Shown one piece after another: positions 30,559 through 44,298 of a stretch of 64,000 nt of DNA. Both the position numbers and the translations under genes were made by a program. Source of the DNA: Schmidtea polychroa (lineage: Eukaryota); assembly GCA_044892525.1 (NCBI GenBank), contig CM097885.1:13952001-14016000 (forward strand). The letters run 5' to 3'. The notes under the pieces were generated by a model. The model did not search any database and was not told where the DNA came from. It saw only the letters and a program-made list of their open reading frames with translations. Each line of letters starts with the position of its first letter. The stretch's first letter is position 1.

Positions 30559-31244
30559 CATTAGCATTAATAATAAATTGATAAGGCAGATATATCCATC
30601 ACATGTACCAGCAATGTGAACTGCAATAAGATTGGATAGAATCAATTAAAATTACGTGTCAATTAGGCCTTGCACCGATTAAAGATTTCATAAAATCATA
30701 CAAAAAATTAGTTAAAATTTAATTTTTATTGTGTTAAATCTAATCCAATTTATCAGTATTGCTTTGTGCATTTGACATTTTATAATTTTATATTTAATCA
30801 TTGCACCTTTGTCACAATAAAATGTGAAAATGTCAATATGGGGCTCAAAGGAACTTTGTACACATCAGAAAATGCCAGACAAATATTGGTAACCATAACG
30901 AGATCATTAGATCAATATTTTAATATTTTATGAAAAATATTTATTTTTATATTTTGATATATTTTTATTTTGTGTTTGCCGTTAAAAATGTTAAAATTTT
31001 ACATTTCGTTATCAAATTGTAATTTAAATAATTTTGTAAGATTTAAAATAAATGAGAAAAACACTGAAAATTAGCATTAACAATATTTAAAGCTAAAATA
31101 CAATATTTATAAAATGTTTGTTTATCTACATCAAAATACAAATTATAAATATTGAAATTGTCAAGGTAATTAATATAATAAGTATGATTTATGAATGTTG
31201 TAAAATGTTGAAATATTTTGATAATTTTATTAATTTTAGATAAA

Positions 31245-32736
31245 ATGTTTGGAAACGTATGGGAAATGATGAGGCGGAATAAATTTGAATTTGATAATGA
31301 AATCAGCAATGAATTGATATGCAGAATTTGCAAATGTTTAATGATAAAAGCTTGCCAAGCTCCTTGCGGTTGTGGCTTTTGTTCTGATTGCATTGAACAT
31401 TATTTGGATGGAAAAGAGAAATTCTGTCCAGGAGCAGCAAAACATTGTGGAAAGAAAATGATAAATTTCAATAAAGATGTTTCTGAAGATCATGCAGCCA
31501 ATTTAAGGATTTCAGAAGTGATAGTGAGATGCCCAATGCAAAATTGTCAATTCAAAGATGAATTAGAGGTGATGGAGAGCCACATGAGAACATGCAACAA
31601 GCAACCAATAAAATGTCCATTCAATAGAATTGGATGCGAAATGAATGAGGTGGATAAAAACGAAATTGTAAAATTGTATTTGTAATTAATTTAATTGATA
31701 TCTGTGATTGTAGGTGAAATTGTGCAATATAGAAAAGAAAGAGGCGGAGAACAGAGGAGAAATAGAAGAATTGAATGAGGAAATGGTGGCATTGAAGAAT
31801 GAGAATCGCTCACTGAGAATGGAGAGGGAGACAAATATTGGATCAATCAATCAAGTTTGATTATTGATTTGATTTATTATTGATGCAAAGCAGATCAGAC
31901 AGCAAATTGATGTGATTGAATCAAAATGTCAACAGCAAATTGATGAGATGAAAGAGAAATGCGAGCAGCGGCTGCAACAGAAGAATGACAAGGTGATTTA
32001 TTGATTTATTGAAATGTTTGAATTTAAGATTCAGTTGCTGCTTGAAATGGCGAAATGCGCCAATGAAATACGGCAGATTGAATCAAAATGCCAACAGCAA
32101 ATTGATGCGATGAAAAAGAAATGCGAGCAGCGGCTTCAGCAGGGGAATAAAAAGGTGATTTATTGATTTATTGAAATGTTTGAATTTGAGATTCAGTTGC
32201 AGCTTAAAATGGCGAAATGCGCCAATGAAATTCGGCAGATTGAATCAAAATGTCAACAGGAAATTGATGAGATGAAAGAGAAATGCGAGCGACAAGGGAA
32301 TGAAAAATATAGAAATTATGGATTTTTTGAATGGCAAATCGATAAATTTTCACAACAAAAGAGAAGAGAAGATATTTACAGCGACACATTTTATTCGGGG
32401 CCAATCGGTTACAAAATGTGCTTGTGGGTGAGCATTGGGGATGATTGGGTGTTTGCTGGTTTCTGTTTGATGCGTGGGGCAAATGATGAGCAATTGGATT
32501 GGCCGTTCAAACAATCCGTGACAATCGATGTGATCGATCCAGCAAATGGCAGCATTTATATGAGCAAGTCAATAAAATATTCAGGTTGGTTTGATGATGT
32601 CGGATGGGGGAAACCGTTAGATGACAAAAATAATCCAATTGCCAGTTATTATTCTATTGGTGATGACAGATCAATCTATCAATTAGCAGACAAAAGTGAT
32701 AAATTGCTGCTCAGGTGCAGAATCGAAAAATTATGA
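31245..32736 (+). CDS. TRAF-like protein, copy 2; exons 31245-31667, 31714-31854, 31894-31992, 32035-32154, 32197-32736 (about 440 aa)
   Basis: Four phase-0 GT-AG introns of 39-46 bp join the RING/Zn-finger ORF to the MATH ORF in frame. Nearby alternative acceptors would shift lengths by a few bases. Confidence 0.9.
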
Positions 32737-32844
32737 CAAATTAAAGAAAAATTGATTTATTTTGGGTTTTGATTTGTTTTACTGTTTGCCTTTTTCTATT
32801 ATATTTATTATATGAGATTATTATTGTGGTCATCATCATCATCG

Positions 32845-32879
<35 letters not shown>

Positions 32880-35403
32880 TTTGATCTTCGGCAGCTATTT
32901 GTGAGTCATTTAAACGAAAATCCGCAACAACAATACTGATAAAATGTTCGAAAATTGCTTTCACATCTGTTTGGGTAAGTTTACCAAAATTAGAGCTGTC
33001 GATTCGATGAGGGTAATCGGTGCTTTCTAGAAACTATAAAATTCTGTTACGAATTCTTTTAATAATGAAATGAATTACTTTGAATAATTTATGCTTTGCA
33101 TCTTTCATGAAATTTGGATCTCTTAAAGGTCTCGGGTCTGATTTACTAATAATATTATTGTTAATATAATAATAATAATAATACTATAGTTACTCTGTAT
33201 TGCTTCGCCCACCATTTGCAGTTGTATTGAGATCCTTTTTAAGAGCTAGTGACCTGATTTAATATTAAATAAAGTAACATTTCATTAATTTATTCACTTT
33301 TTCATTCGCAAAATTTTCAAATACAATATTATTTAAACAAATAAGATTTCATGAAAATTTATATTTAAATTAACAAATATGATAAATTTTATGAATGAAT
33401 TTTACTTTTTAACAAACAACGAAATTTATCTTGAAATCCTGAAGATATGAAAAATATAAGATAATAAGACAACCAGGTGGATCTCGAAAGAGTACAAGAA
33501 AATATTTTGGAACCTGAATTTCGTTAGGTTCATCCGAAGTAAAAGGTTGTTCAAGTCAAGATTACAGATTTTTGGATATTAATAGAGTTTCGGTTGGCAG
33601 TTAACTCAGAATCTGGAATGTGTGTTGTTTCCATATCCTAGATTCGCTGATAGATTTGTAATCAACTCTTACTTAAAAGCATTTATGAATATTTTACTAT
33701 GTTATCATCAATATACCCGTGCCAACAGGTGTCCCGTCAAAAAGGGCCCAGGGCAAAAGACCCCTTAAAAGGACCCCAATATTATGGGTCTGAAAAAACG
33801 GCTCCGACATAAAGGCCTCGGGCAAAAGAGCCTATGATATACAGGCCCCCGACAAAAACGACCCCTGTTAATAGGACCCTCGCCAATAGAACCACTTCAA
33901 CACTGAGTATACAAAAACACACTGTTTCCGGAAGTTTCATACACGATCAAGAACTATACACTTATCCACACTCGCTCTGGAAAACCCTAAAATCTATTTT
34001 ATCTCACCGACACATATTCTCTTCATGACCAGCCTGATACATCTACTCTTGCAAACGCATTCCGTGAATTTTTCACTAACAAGATTGATCAAATTCGTGC
34101 CAAATTTACTATTCCGGCTTCTCCTGGTCCATATGATAATAATTTCATGGTACTATATGCATGTGTAATAACAAACGTATAGAACATATTTTAAACAGTC
34201 TTAAAAAGTTACAGATGACGTCGTTTTGAAGTCAACATACGTACAATATTTCTTATCTACATAAAAATATTTCAATCTTCGCGGTTCTTTTGGCGTGGGC
34301 CCTTTTGACAGGGATCGTTTTTGCCAAAGACTCTTATATCAGAGACCCTTTTTCAGGGCCGTTTTGCCATGGGCCTTTATGTTGGGGGCCGTAATATTGG
34401 GGCCATATTATCGAGGCCCTTTTGACGGGTTACCTTTTCAATCACCAGGTTGAGAATGTACACAGTCGTTGAAAATAAATAAGGAGGTGAGTTCTATTTC
34501 TAAAGGTAGATTACAAGTTGGGAGAACAATCTATTTTTATCCTTGAAAATGACGGCCTTTTCCTGCCGTTGCTCACACTTTACCATATTTCCCTTCGTAA
34601 CTACACATAACTATTGATTTTAATGCTAAATGCCCTTCGCAAGAGACGTTAGTGCTGCAATTTAGTTGGTGACTGTGCTGTACGTGATCCTTATGTTTAT
34701 TGTCACACGTTTGTTGTTGTTATTATCATAATTAAAATTAAAATTTCAAATTTTAAAAACAAAAAATCAATGGGAAAAATTGTCAAGGAAGAATTAAAAA
34801 ATAACGATCGCAGAATTAAATTTATTAAAATTTGAACTTTATGAACTTTATGAACGTTAGAAAGATTTTATGATCTCTATCTAAAGATTTTCTTTTGTAA
34901 ATTTTAATAAACGTTATTAGTTAGAATTTTATTATTAGAATTTGTTTTTGTGTATTTTTCTAGTAAATGTAATGTATAGTTATTTTTTTTATTTCAGCGT
35001 TCACGATTAGGAATCGTGAATATTATAACATAAATCACCACCATCTGGAAAATCCAGATTTTCAGAAAAACTATATAGCGATAATTTACTATGGTAAATT
35101 ATCGCTATAGGAAATTGAAAAATTAAAAAAAGTCGATAAAAAAAAGATTTCGTATATTAAAATTGATATTAAAGCAAGTTGTAACAAGTTAAAAATAAAG
35201 TCCTCAATTTCAATTCCAACCGTTAATTAAACATACCAGTTCCTTATAAAAGCAGAGATCAATTCCAAACCTATTTGTAGACCAGGATTTGTGTTCAGAT
35301 ACGAGACAAGGATAAAGGTTGAAATCCCGAAAATAATAATAATAAAATTAAAGCAAGTTGCAGCAAATTGAAAATAAAGTCATCCATTTCAATTCCAAAC
35401 CTA

Positions 35404-36962
35404 TGTTGGTTACTTAGGGGTGTGTCATTTTAAACTTTAAATACGTTAGGGGTAATCACAGGTATTCACTCGACTCTTTCCTAAGCACCCCCATGACTTT
35501 GTACTTTAAACCATTTGTGTACCCATGGCGGCGACCATGTTGGTACTGTACACAAAGGCGAAAAAAACAATGAGCAGGTGAGCTCTATTGCTAAAACTAC
35601 TCCCCATTGTATTTTCTCTTCGGGTTCTAGACGGCCGATAGAAGGTCTTACGTCATCGATCATTTTCTATTTCTACTTTTCTATCTCATTCGGCTATTGT
35701 CCTCATTTCTAGATGTTTTCTATTGTTTCGTTTCAAAATTTTGTGCAGGGACGCGCCCTTATTTTTCTATTAATAAAGGTTGCTAGGTATTTTTCTTTAT
35801 ATTTATGAATATTTAACCTATCTCGCAAAAAATTTGAGCAGGGATCGGCCCTTATTTCCAAGTTAACCGACACTTCCCATAATATTTAAATTGTTCTTCA
35901 AGAAATTTGAGCAGGGATCTGCCTGTATTCTTAGTCCTAACCTATTTTTGACCAAGGTACTTCCAGCGACGGACCCGTGGAGAAGCCTCCACATTTCGGC
36001 CCGAAATCAGCTGCGCGATTGAAAAACCAGCATACCCACCAGTCTGAGCGTCCCGAAGGTACCCCAAACCATAATATGCTGGATCTCAATTCCACGGCAC
36101 CATCGTTCACAATCAACAAATAATATAATTGAACTCAATAAAGGCTATTATTTAGAACTTGAAACTAAATGAAATTAAACCATTAAAAAGGACAACAAAA
36201 GAAAATTTAACTGAGACATTAATTGCATATAAAATTTATTAATTAAAACACTTCGTAAAAATTACAATAAGAATAAAAATAAATTACCAAATCCACGATG
36301 GCATAAAATCGAAAACTGAGAGCTTTACTGTCTGCAAATTACATTGTGGTGCTGAAAAAAAAAGTTTTTCAAATGAATTTGTGATCAGTATTTATACTGA
36401 TTTTGAATGCGCATTCATGCATGCGCTGTCACTCTATCCAATCAGAGTGCGAGAAATTTTGACTTAATTTTGCATACATGCAATTATTTATTTGTTTTTA
36501 ATTTCATTAATTTAATTAATTAATTATTTAATTTTTATTAATTTTAATTTTATAACTTTTATAATTTAAATAATTTGAGTTATATTAATTTTTATTAATT
36601 TAAACATTTTTATCTTTAAATTTAATAAGTTACATAACCATTTAATTCTATAAACTTTACAATTTACATAATGCTAACTAATTTTATTATTTTGACGATT
36701 TAATTTTTATATTGTTTAAATAATTTTCAACTAATTCTATTTTACATTTTATTATTTTTCTATCGAAATTTTTAAGTGTTGAATTTTTTCTGTTAAATTT
36801 ATTTATCTCTTTATTCTATTATACGGGATTAATGTGTGATGTAATTTATTTTATTTATTTTATATTAAACCTTGGTCATAAATCTTTTCAACTTTGCCGT
36901 TTTTGTGTTAGGTATTTTCGATCGATTAAAACAAACTCTCAGTTTTCGGTTTCAGCCCAACA
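35404..36962. mobile_element. Solo LTR of the same family, opposite orientation, diverged
   Basis: TGTTGG...CCAACA termini and 4-bp TSD CCTA. Its start is the reverse complement of the end of 19877-21673. Confidence 0.88.
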
Positions 36963-38793
36963 CCTATTTGTAGACCAGGAATTTTGTTCGGATACGAGAA
37001 CAAGGATATAGGTTGAAATCTCGAAAATAATAATAAGAAATAATAAGAATCCTAAGTACGAGCTAAAGAGTCAAAACCCTACAATTAATTTATTGATTGA
37101 ACACAGTATTAAGACACAAGAAAGGAATCAAATTCAGATTAACCTATCTTAAACAACAAATTTCCAGTCCTATATCCAGGCAAAGGCCTATCTATCTTAA
37201 ACCGCAAATCTACAGTTCCTACTGACCTATATCCCGGCAAAGGTCTAGATTCAAATCCTAGTTAAACTACCCCCGGACTCAAGGTCTTAAAATTTTTATT
37301 TTGAATAAAACTTTTGTACCAATATATATTATCGTTTATTATTATTTTTTATTTTACTTGTTATTACACAACACGCACCCCGATTGTCACGCCACAAGTT
37401 TTAACGGAGACTCTTTCGGGCTCATCAAATTTCTAATCTAACATTACAAATTCATACCACTCACAAAAACAAAATAGTCAAAAACATAATATAACAAGTA
37501 GTATGATTGGTCACCGCTGGACCACGTATACCCCCTCCCCCCCGGAATTTTTTTTTTAGAACGATGTAACATATTTTTAGAACTATTACGTAATCAATGC
37601 CTAATATTTTTAGAACGATGCCTAATATTTTTAGAACTATTATGTAATTTTTTTAAAATTAATTGGTCCAGCGGTGACCTAATTTTTTTCATCCCAAAAG
37701 TAATGTTTCTATCATCTGAATTTATTGAACGATACCTCATCTTAAAGCTCGGTCCAAGACCTTTCGAATGAGCTATAGGTATTTTATATATCTTTAATAG
37801 TTTGAATGTTATTAACAATTGATGACCACCATCTTTTCAAAGTTAAATTATTATTATTTTCCAAAATATTATTAATTGGTCCAGCGGTGACCTAATTTTT
37901 TTCATCCCAAAAATTAATGTTCCCATTATCCGAATTTATTGGACGATACCTCATCTTAAAGCTCAGTGCAAGACCTTTCGAATGAGCTATTGAAGGTATC
38001 ATCATCATTAATATTAACAAAGAGAATGACTCACCCAATGACTCACCCAACGATGCCTAATATTTTTAGAATGATTACGTCATAATTTTAGAACGATGCC
38101 ACATATTTTTAGAATGATGTCTAATATTTTTAGAACTATTACGTAATCAATGCCTAATATTTTTAGAACGATGTCTAATATTTTTAGAACGATGCCTAAT
38201 ATTTTTAGAACTATTACATAATCGATGCCACATATTTTTAGAACGATGCCTTATATTTTTAGAACGATGCCTAATATTTTTAGAACTATTACGTAATCGA
38301 TGCCACATATTTTTAGAACGATGTCTAATATTTTTAGAACGATGCCTAATATTTTTAGAACGATTACGTCATATTTTTAGAATGATGCCTAATATTTTTA
38401 GAACTATTACGTAATCGATGTCTAATATTTTTAGAACGATGCCAAATATTTTTAGAATGGTGCCTCTTATTTTTAGAATGAATACGTAATCAATGCCTAA
38501 TATTTTTAGAATGATTACGTCATACTTTTTGAACGATGTCTAATATTTTTAGAACGATTACGTCATACTTTTAGAACGATGCCTAATATTTTTAGAACTA
38601 ATAATTTTGTTTTAATTATCGATTACATAATAATTTAATTTTGTTTAAATCGTTGATTATATAATTTGTTTAAATCATTGATTATATTTATTATTATATA
38701 CTCCGAGTTTATCCGACACGATATTCTGTCCCCCTATGGGTACTGCACACAAGGGTACTACTCACACTCAACAAGTCACATGGGTACTGTTCA

Positions 38794-38829
<36 letters not shown>

Positions 38830-38832
38830 TTA

Positions 38833-38902
<70 letters not shown>

Positions 38903-41900
38903 ATTATTATTATTGCAAATATTAGTCAAAAAGATAAATTATTTTTACACACACACACAACTCATTAACCATTATTATTATCAATATTAGTGAAAACCTA
39001 AAATATTTTCTACACACATATACAACCCATTAAACTTTTATTATTAATATTATTATCTATATTATGATTATTATCAATATCAGTCAAAAACTTAAAATAT
39101 TTTCTACCCACATACACAACCCATTAAACTTTATTATTATTATTAGTGAAAAACCTAAAATATTTTTTTACACACACACACACACACAACCCATTAAACT
39201 TTATTATTATTATTATTAAAATAATTTTTACACACTAGGTTATGGGGTAGAGAATTATTATATGTTTGCAGTATTCTGTATTTGCCTTTACATGAAATTT
39301 TCAATAAGGAGCGATAATTTTACACATACATTCTATATACACATACCTTGTTTAACATGGGTGTATATACTTCTAGTCTATCCGACAAGATATTCTGTCC
39401 CCCGATGGGTATTGCTAGCAAGGGTACTACTCACATTCAACATGTCGCAAGGGTATATTAATTAGGGTTAGTAAATAAAACTTATGACACATACTATTTT
39501 TAATAATTCTTTAAACTATAAAAATCAAGACAAGAGAGGACAAGGCAAAGTTTATGCATTTATTATTACCAGGCCTAATGAGCAGTGACCAAATATCTGT
39601 GCCTGAAAGACACGGTGGATATTTGTTCGCGTCCACAAGGGTCGTCTGTGCCTCCCCAAGTGGGGTCAGAAGAACCTGGGCATTATAGCTTTCCGTACGG
39701 AACATTACGCCTAGCATGGGTAGTCAACTACCAGCACATTCGAAACGTATAATTTCAAAATACATGCGTCATTGGCACTATAACCAAATTAATTAATGTT
39801 TTCACTAACACAAATATATATTTACAGAGGCCTCCCACTAGTTGGATTACAACCGCCCACCACGACGATCAGCTTGTAAATATATATTAATTAAGGGATA
39901 AAGAGGACCCACCCAACCCTATTATATTTAATTTACAAATTTTTCTCGCTCTTCTGCTGGTATTCTATCTCAAAATTATCATCTCCATCGGGCCATTTGG
40001 AATACATCTTGCAAATTGGATGTATTTCTTAGTTTCTGATGCGGCGTCAACAATCATTGCTAAAATTTATATTGATTTAAAAGCAATTAACTTACATTAT
40101 CTAACATTTTATCATCACAGGCTTGATAAATTAGGCAACTGTTATTTGTGGTATACTTTTCAATGTCATTTCCCACCATAAAACACAGATACCTAAATAT
40201 AATATATATATATTTTAAAGAATTAATTCATGTCTTACATTAATAATAATATTCTTCAGGTAGTACTTTACAATATCTAATTGCTAAAACATCGGTTTTT
40301 CCCATTTTTCTTGACATTCGTTGAAAGTTTACATAATTTAAGTCTGATAATTCATGTTGAAGGACACCCACAATCAGCTAATTCATTTAAAAAATCCAGA
40401 ACATAGCAATGTTTCACCATTTTGTCTGGTTCATTTTCTTCTATAATTCATGTTTTAATAAGAAATTTCTAAATCCAGAACATAAGTCATTTAGTGTTTC
40501 ACCATTTTGTTCATCTTCTTCATAATCATATAATTCATTTTCTTCATTACTAAGTAAAATAATTAAAATATTGTAGTAAATTCTTTATTTACTTACTTTA
40601 TGGATACTAAAACGAAAGAAATAAAGTTATTTGAAAAGTATATTTAAATAAATTAAATTTAAATAATTTAAATTTAGTTATTTAAAAATATTTAAACAAT
40701 TTAGTTATTTAAGCATATTTAAACATTAACATTATTATATAGTATAATTTTATATAATATTATAATTTTATGTACACTTATATATCCTTCATTTAATTTT
40801 TTAAATTCAAAAATTTATAATGAAGATTCTTTGAATTAAAAATATTCTGTTAGTATTTCCAGGCAGAAAACAACGAATTCAATAATTAAAATCTTAATTT
40901 TCATGTTGTTAGGGTTGTGGTCAGAAGTTAATCGCCATCTATTCGTTTGTTCTCAATTTCGCTCATTTTTGTTCAAAACATTCAGGTGAGTTGTTATCTG
41001 GAAAGTTTCTTTTAGCTCAGCTTTGTTAAAACACTCACGGTATTCTTGAAAGATGTGACACTGGAAATAAATTAACAATGGGTGGTCATCCATACATGTT
41101 GGTGGTCTGAGCGGTCGATTTATTTAGAAATAGGTATAGTAAAAACATTTACGGTATCATTCAGTAAAATAATATAGTATTTTTGAGTATGTTTTAGTTA
41201 ATTTATAAATAACAGTATTTTGATATATCAATAAAGACCATATACTCCGAGTTTATCCGGCAAGATATTCTGTCCCCCTATGGGTAATGGTAGCAAGGGT
41301 ACTGGTCACACTCAACATGTCGCAATATTAATCATTTAGAAATTCTTAGGTAAGATAATCAGAAATTTGTGAATATTTTAAATGTAACTTTACACTTATG
41401 TCGAGCGACTAATTTATTGGTTAACTTTGTAGTCATTTAAAGCAAAAGGTAATTTATTCATCTAATGTTCGTTACAATAGTTAATAATATGAGAAAAACA
41501 TGGTCTTTATTCATTGATAATTTTAAATTCTTTATCATTTGGAGTAAATTTGTTTGAGGCAAAAATAATTAAAGGAGTCATAATAGAAATATGGTTATCA
41601 TTTATCCAATTAAGGGGCTTATTAGTTAGAAATATATATTATAAAGTAACAATTATTTTCTAATTTAATTAGATGATCATTAGACGTAATATATCTTTGC
41701 GAGAAATTTAAGATGTTTGAGTAACCAAAACATGGATATTTTGTGCGATAAATTTATGAATATTGGTTAATTTTGTTATTTTTAGTCATTTAAAATAATA
41801 TTTAGCAAAGGTAATTTAGCAAAATATCATTGAAAGATTTATCCATCCGATAATAATATTCCTTCAATAGATTTTACCTTTAATATTCAATCGATTTAAT

Positions 41901-42719
41901 TTCTAGAAATCTAATTAAAATCATAAAATTCCTTCAATAAAGATCAATTTTCTTTAGCCGTTGTCGATTTCCAACTTTTAAGTCAATATTTCTCAAGTTT
42001 TGTCACTGATGTCCCCACAATGAATAAAATAACTTCTTAAGTAAATAATTTAAAGCAATAACCTTTGATATCAATCCCAATTAATTCTAAAGATTTCAAA
42101 TATTTCATTGTGAAAACCAAGTAAATTGATCATTAACCCTAAACGACTTAATAAAACAGTGGATAATTAATAAAAAACTGGTTCTAAAACATAAATCTAA
42201 ATTACTGTGCAATAACATTCATCACAACCTAATAAACCTCTAAAACGATATAATTTCACAGGAACTATTATTAATTCATAGCTAAATTTGCCTAAATAAA
42301 ACACACCAGTACCTTTACGACCAGTACCCTTACGAGCAGTACCAATTGTGAACAGTACCCATAGAGGGAGAAAATATCTTGTCGGATAAACTCAGAGTAT
42401 ATATAATAAAACGAATTAACAATAACTCCATCAAATTGAATCAGTCAAATTAACACAAATTTTGATAAAAAATCTTATTCTAAAATGGTAAGAAGCGTAA
42501 AGTCGAAAGATAATTTTAATAACACCGAGATAAATTAACAATATTATTCTCAGGTGGTAAGAATCTTCATTAAAGTTAGGAAATTATTTATTATTCTGTG
42601 ATAAATTAATAATAAACTTCAAAGGGGTTAAAATAAGTGTTAGAATAATTCATTTTTGGATTATGGAAGGTTAATGAAAATATACTGAGAAGTGGCATGG
42701 ATATATATTAATTGTATTT

Positions 42720-43798
42720 AGTAGTATGATTGGAGCTCCCCAGATCAGGAGCTCCCCGCATCACATATACCCCCTCCCCCCCCCCCCGGAAAAAAAAATT
42801 TTTAGAACGATGCCACATATTTTTAGAACTATTACGTAATCAATGCCTAATATTTTTAGAACTATTACGTAATTTTTTTTAAATTAAGTGATCTGGCGGG
42901 CTCACACTTTTTTTCATCCCAAAAGTTAATGTTCCCACCATCAGAGTTTATTGACCGATACCTCATCTTAAAGCTCAGTCCAAGACCTTTCGAATGAGCT
43001 ATAGGTATCTTATATATCTTTAATAGTTTTAATATTATTAACATTTGATGACCACCATCTTTTCAAAGTTAAATTATTATTATTTTCCAAAATATTATTA
43101 AGTGATCTGGCGGGCTCACACTTTTTTTCATCCCAAAAATTAATGTTCCCATTATCCGAATTTATTAACCGATACCTCATCTTAAAGCTCAGTCCAAGAC
43201 CTTTCGAATGAGCCATAGAAGGTATCATCATCATTATTATTAACAAAGAGAATGAGTCACCCAATGACTCACCCAACGATGCCTAATATTTTTAGAATGA
43301 TTACGTCATAATTTTAGAACGATGTCTATTATTTTTAGAACGATGCCTAATATTTTTAGAATGATTACGTCATACTTTTAGAGCGATGCCTAATATTTTT
43401 AGAACGATGCCAAATATTTTTAGAATGATTACGTCATACTTTTAGAATGATGCCTAATATTTTTAGAATGATTACGTCATACTTTTAGAACGATGCCTAA
43501 TATTTTTAGAACGATGCCTATTATTTTTAGAATGATTACGTCATATTTTTAGAATGATGCCTAATATTTTTAGAATGATGCCAAATATTTTTAGAATGAT
43601 TACGTCATACTTTTAGAACGATGCCTAATATTTTTAGAACGATGCCAAATATTTTTAGAATTAATAATTTTGTTTTAATTATCGATGATTATATAATTTT
43701 GTTTAAATCATTGATTATATAATTCTTTTGTTTTAATTATCGAATACGTAATAATATAATTTGTTTAAATCGTTGATTACATATTATTATTTTCTAAG

Positions 43799-43840
<42 letters not shown>

Positions 43841-43941
43841 CATATATACACCGAGTCTATCCGACAAGATATTCTGTCCCCCTATGGGTACTGCACACAA
43901 GGGTACTACTCACATTCAACAAGTCACATGGGTACTGTTCA
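42720..43941 (+). repeat. Left TIR of the Maverick, with about 21-bp tandem array (gatgcctaatatttttagaac)
   Basis: Reverse complement of 57719-58943, with internal repeat-number differences. Confidence 0.9.
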
Positions 43942-44298
43942 TATTATTATTATTATTTTTTTTTACAACGATATTTAGTTACATGCTCACTGCAAACTAA
44001 AGTAAATATGAACAGTATTATCAAATTAAATAAAACTTTATAAAAATTTAAATTCTTTTAATGGCTCAAAACAAAGTCCTAATCCATAATGACAACATTA
44101 CTAGTTTTCAATAATAAAACAATTTTTAATATACTTTCTATGTTTAAACACTTAAGGAATGTTTAATAATATTACACAATATAATGATTTTTATCCATAG
44201 AAAGAAATACGAAAACTTTTCATTAATAAAAATCAACACAAATCAATGTTTTTACAAAGTTATATTAATTTATCACAGGAAAAAGATATTAAAATCGC

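Noticed and set aside
38045..38600. About 21-bp repeat arrays as a CRISPR array (also 43275-43660, 58010-58605)
   Set aside because: No unique spacers and no cas genes; these are TIR-internal tandem repeats in a eukaryote.
39568..39690. Assignment of the structured island as a hammerhead or twister ribozyme (CUAAUGAG...GAAA)
   Set aside because: The catalytic cores do not match fully; kept only as an unassigned structured candidate.
39511..39717. 68-79 aa ORF in the outer arms (also 63152-63391)
   Set aside because: C-termini differ between copies and there is no domain; better explained by the GC-rich structured island.
43010..43276. ORFs inside TIRs (also 37594, 58092, 58606)
   Set aside because: Non-ATG starts, repeat-derived, and frames not conserved between TIR copies.
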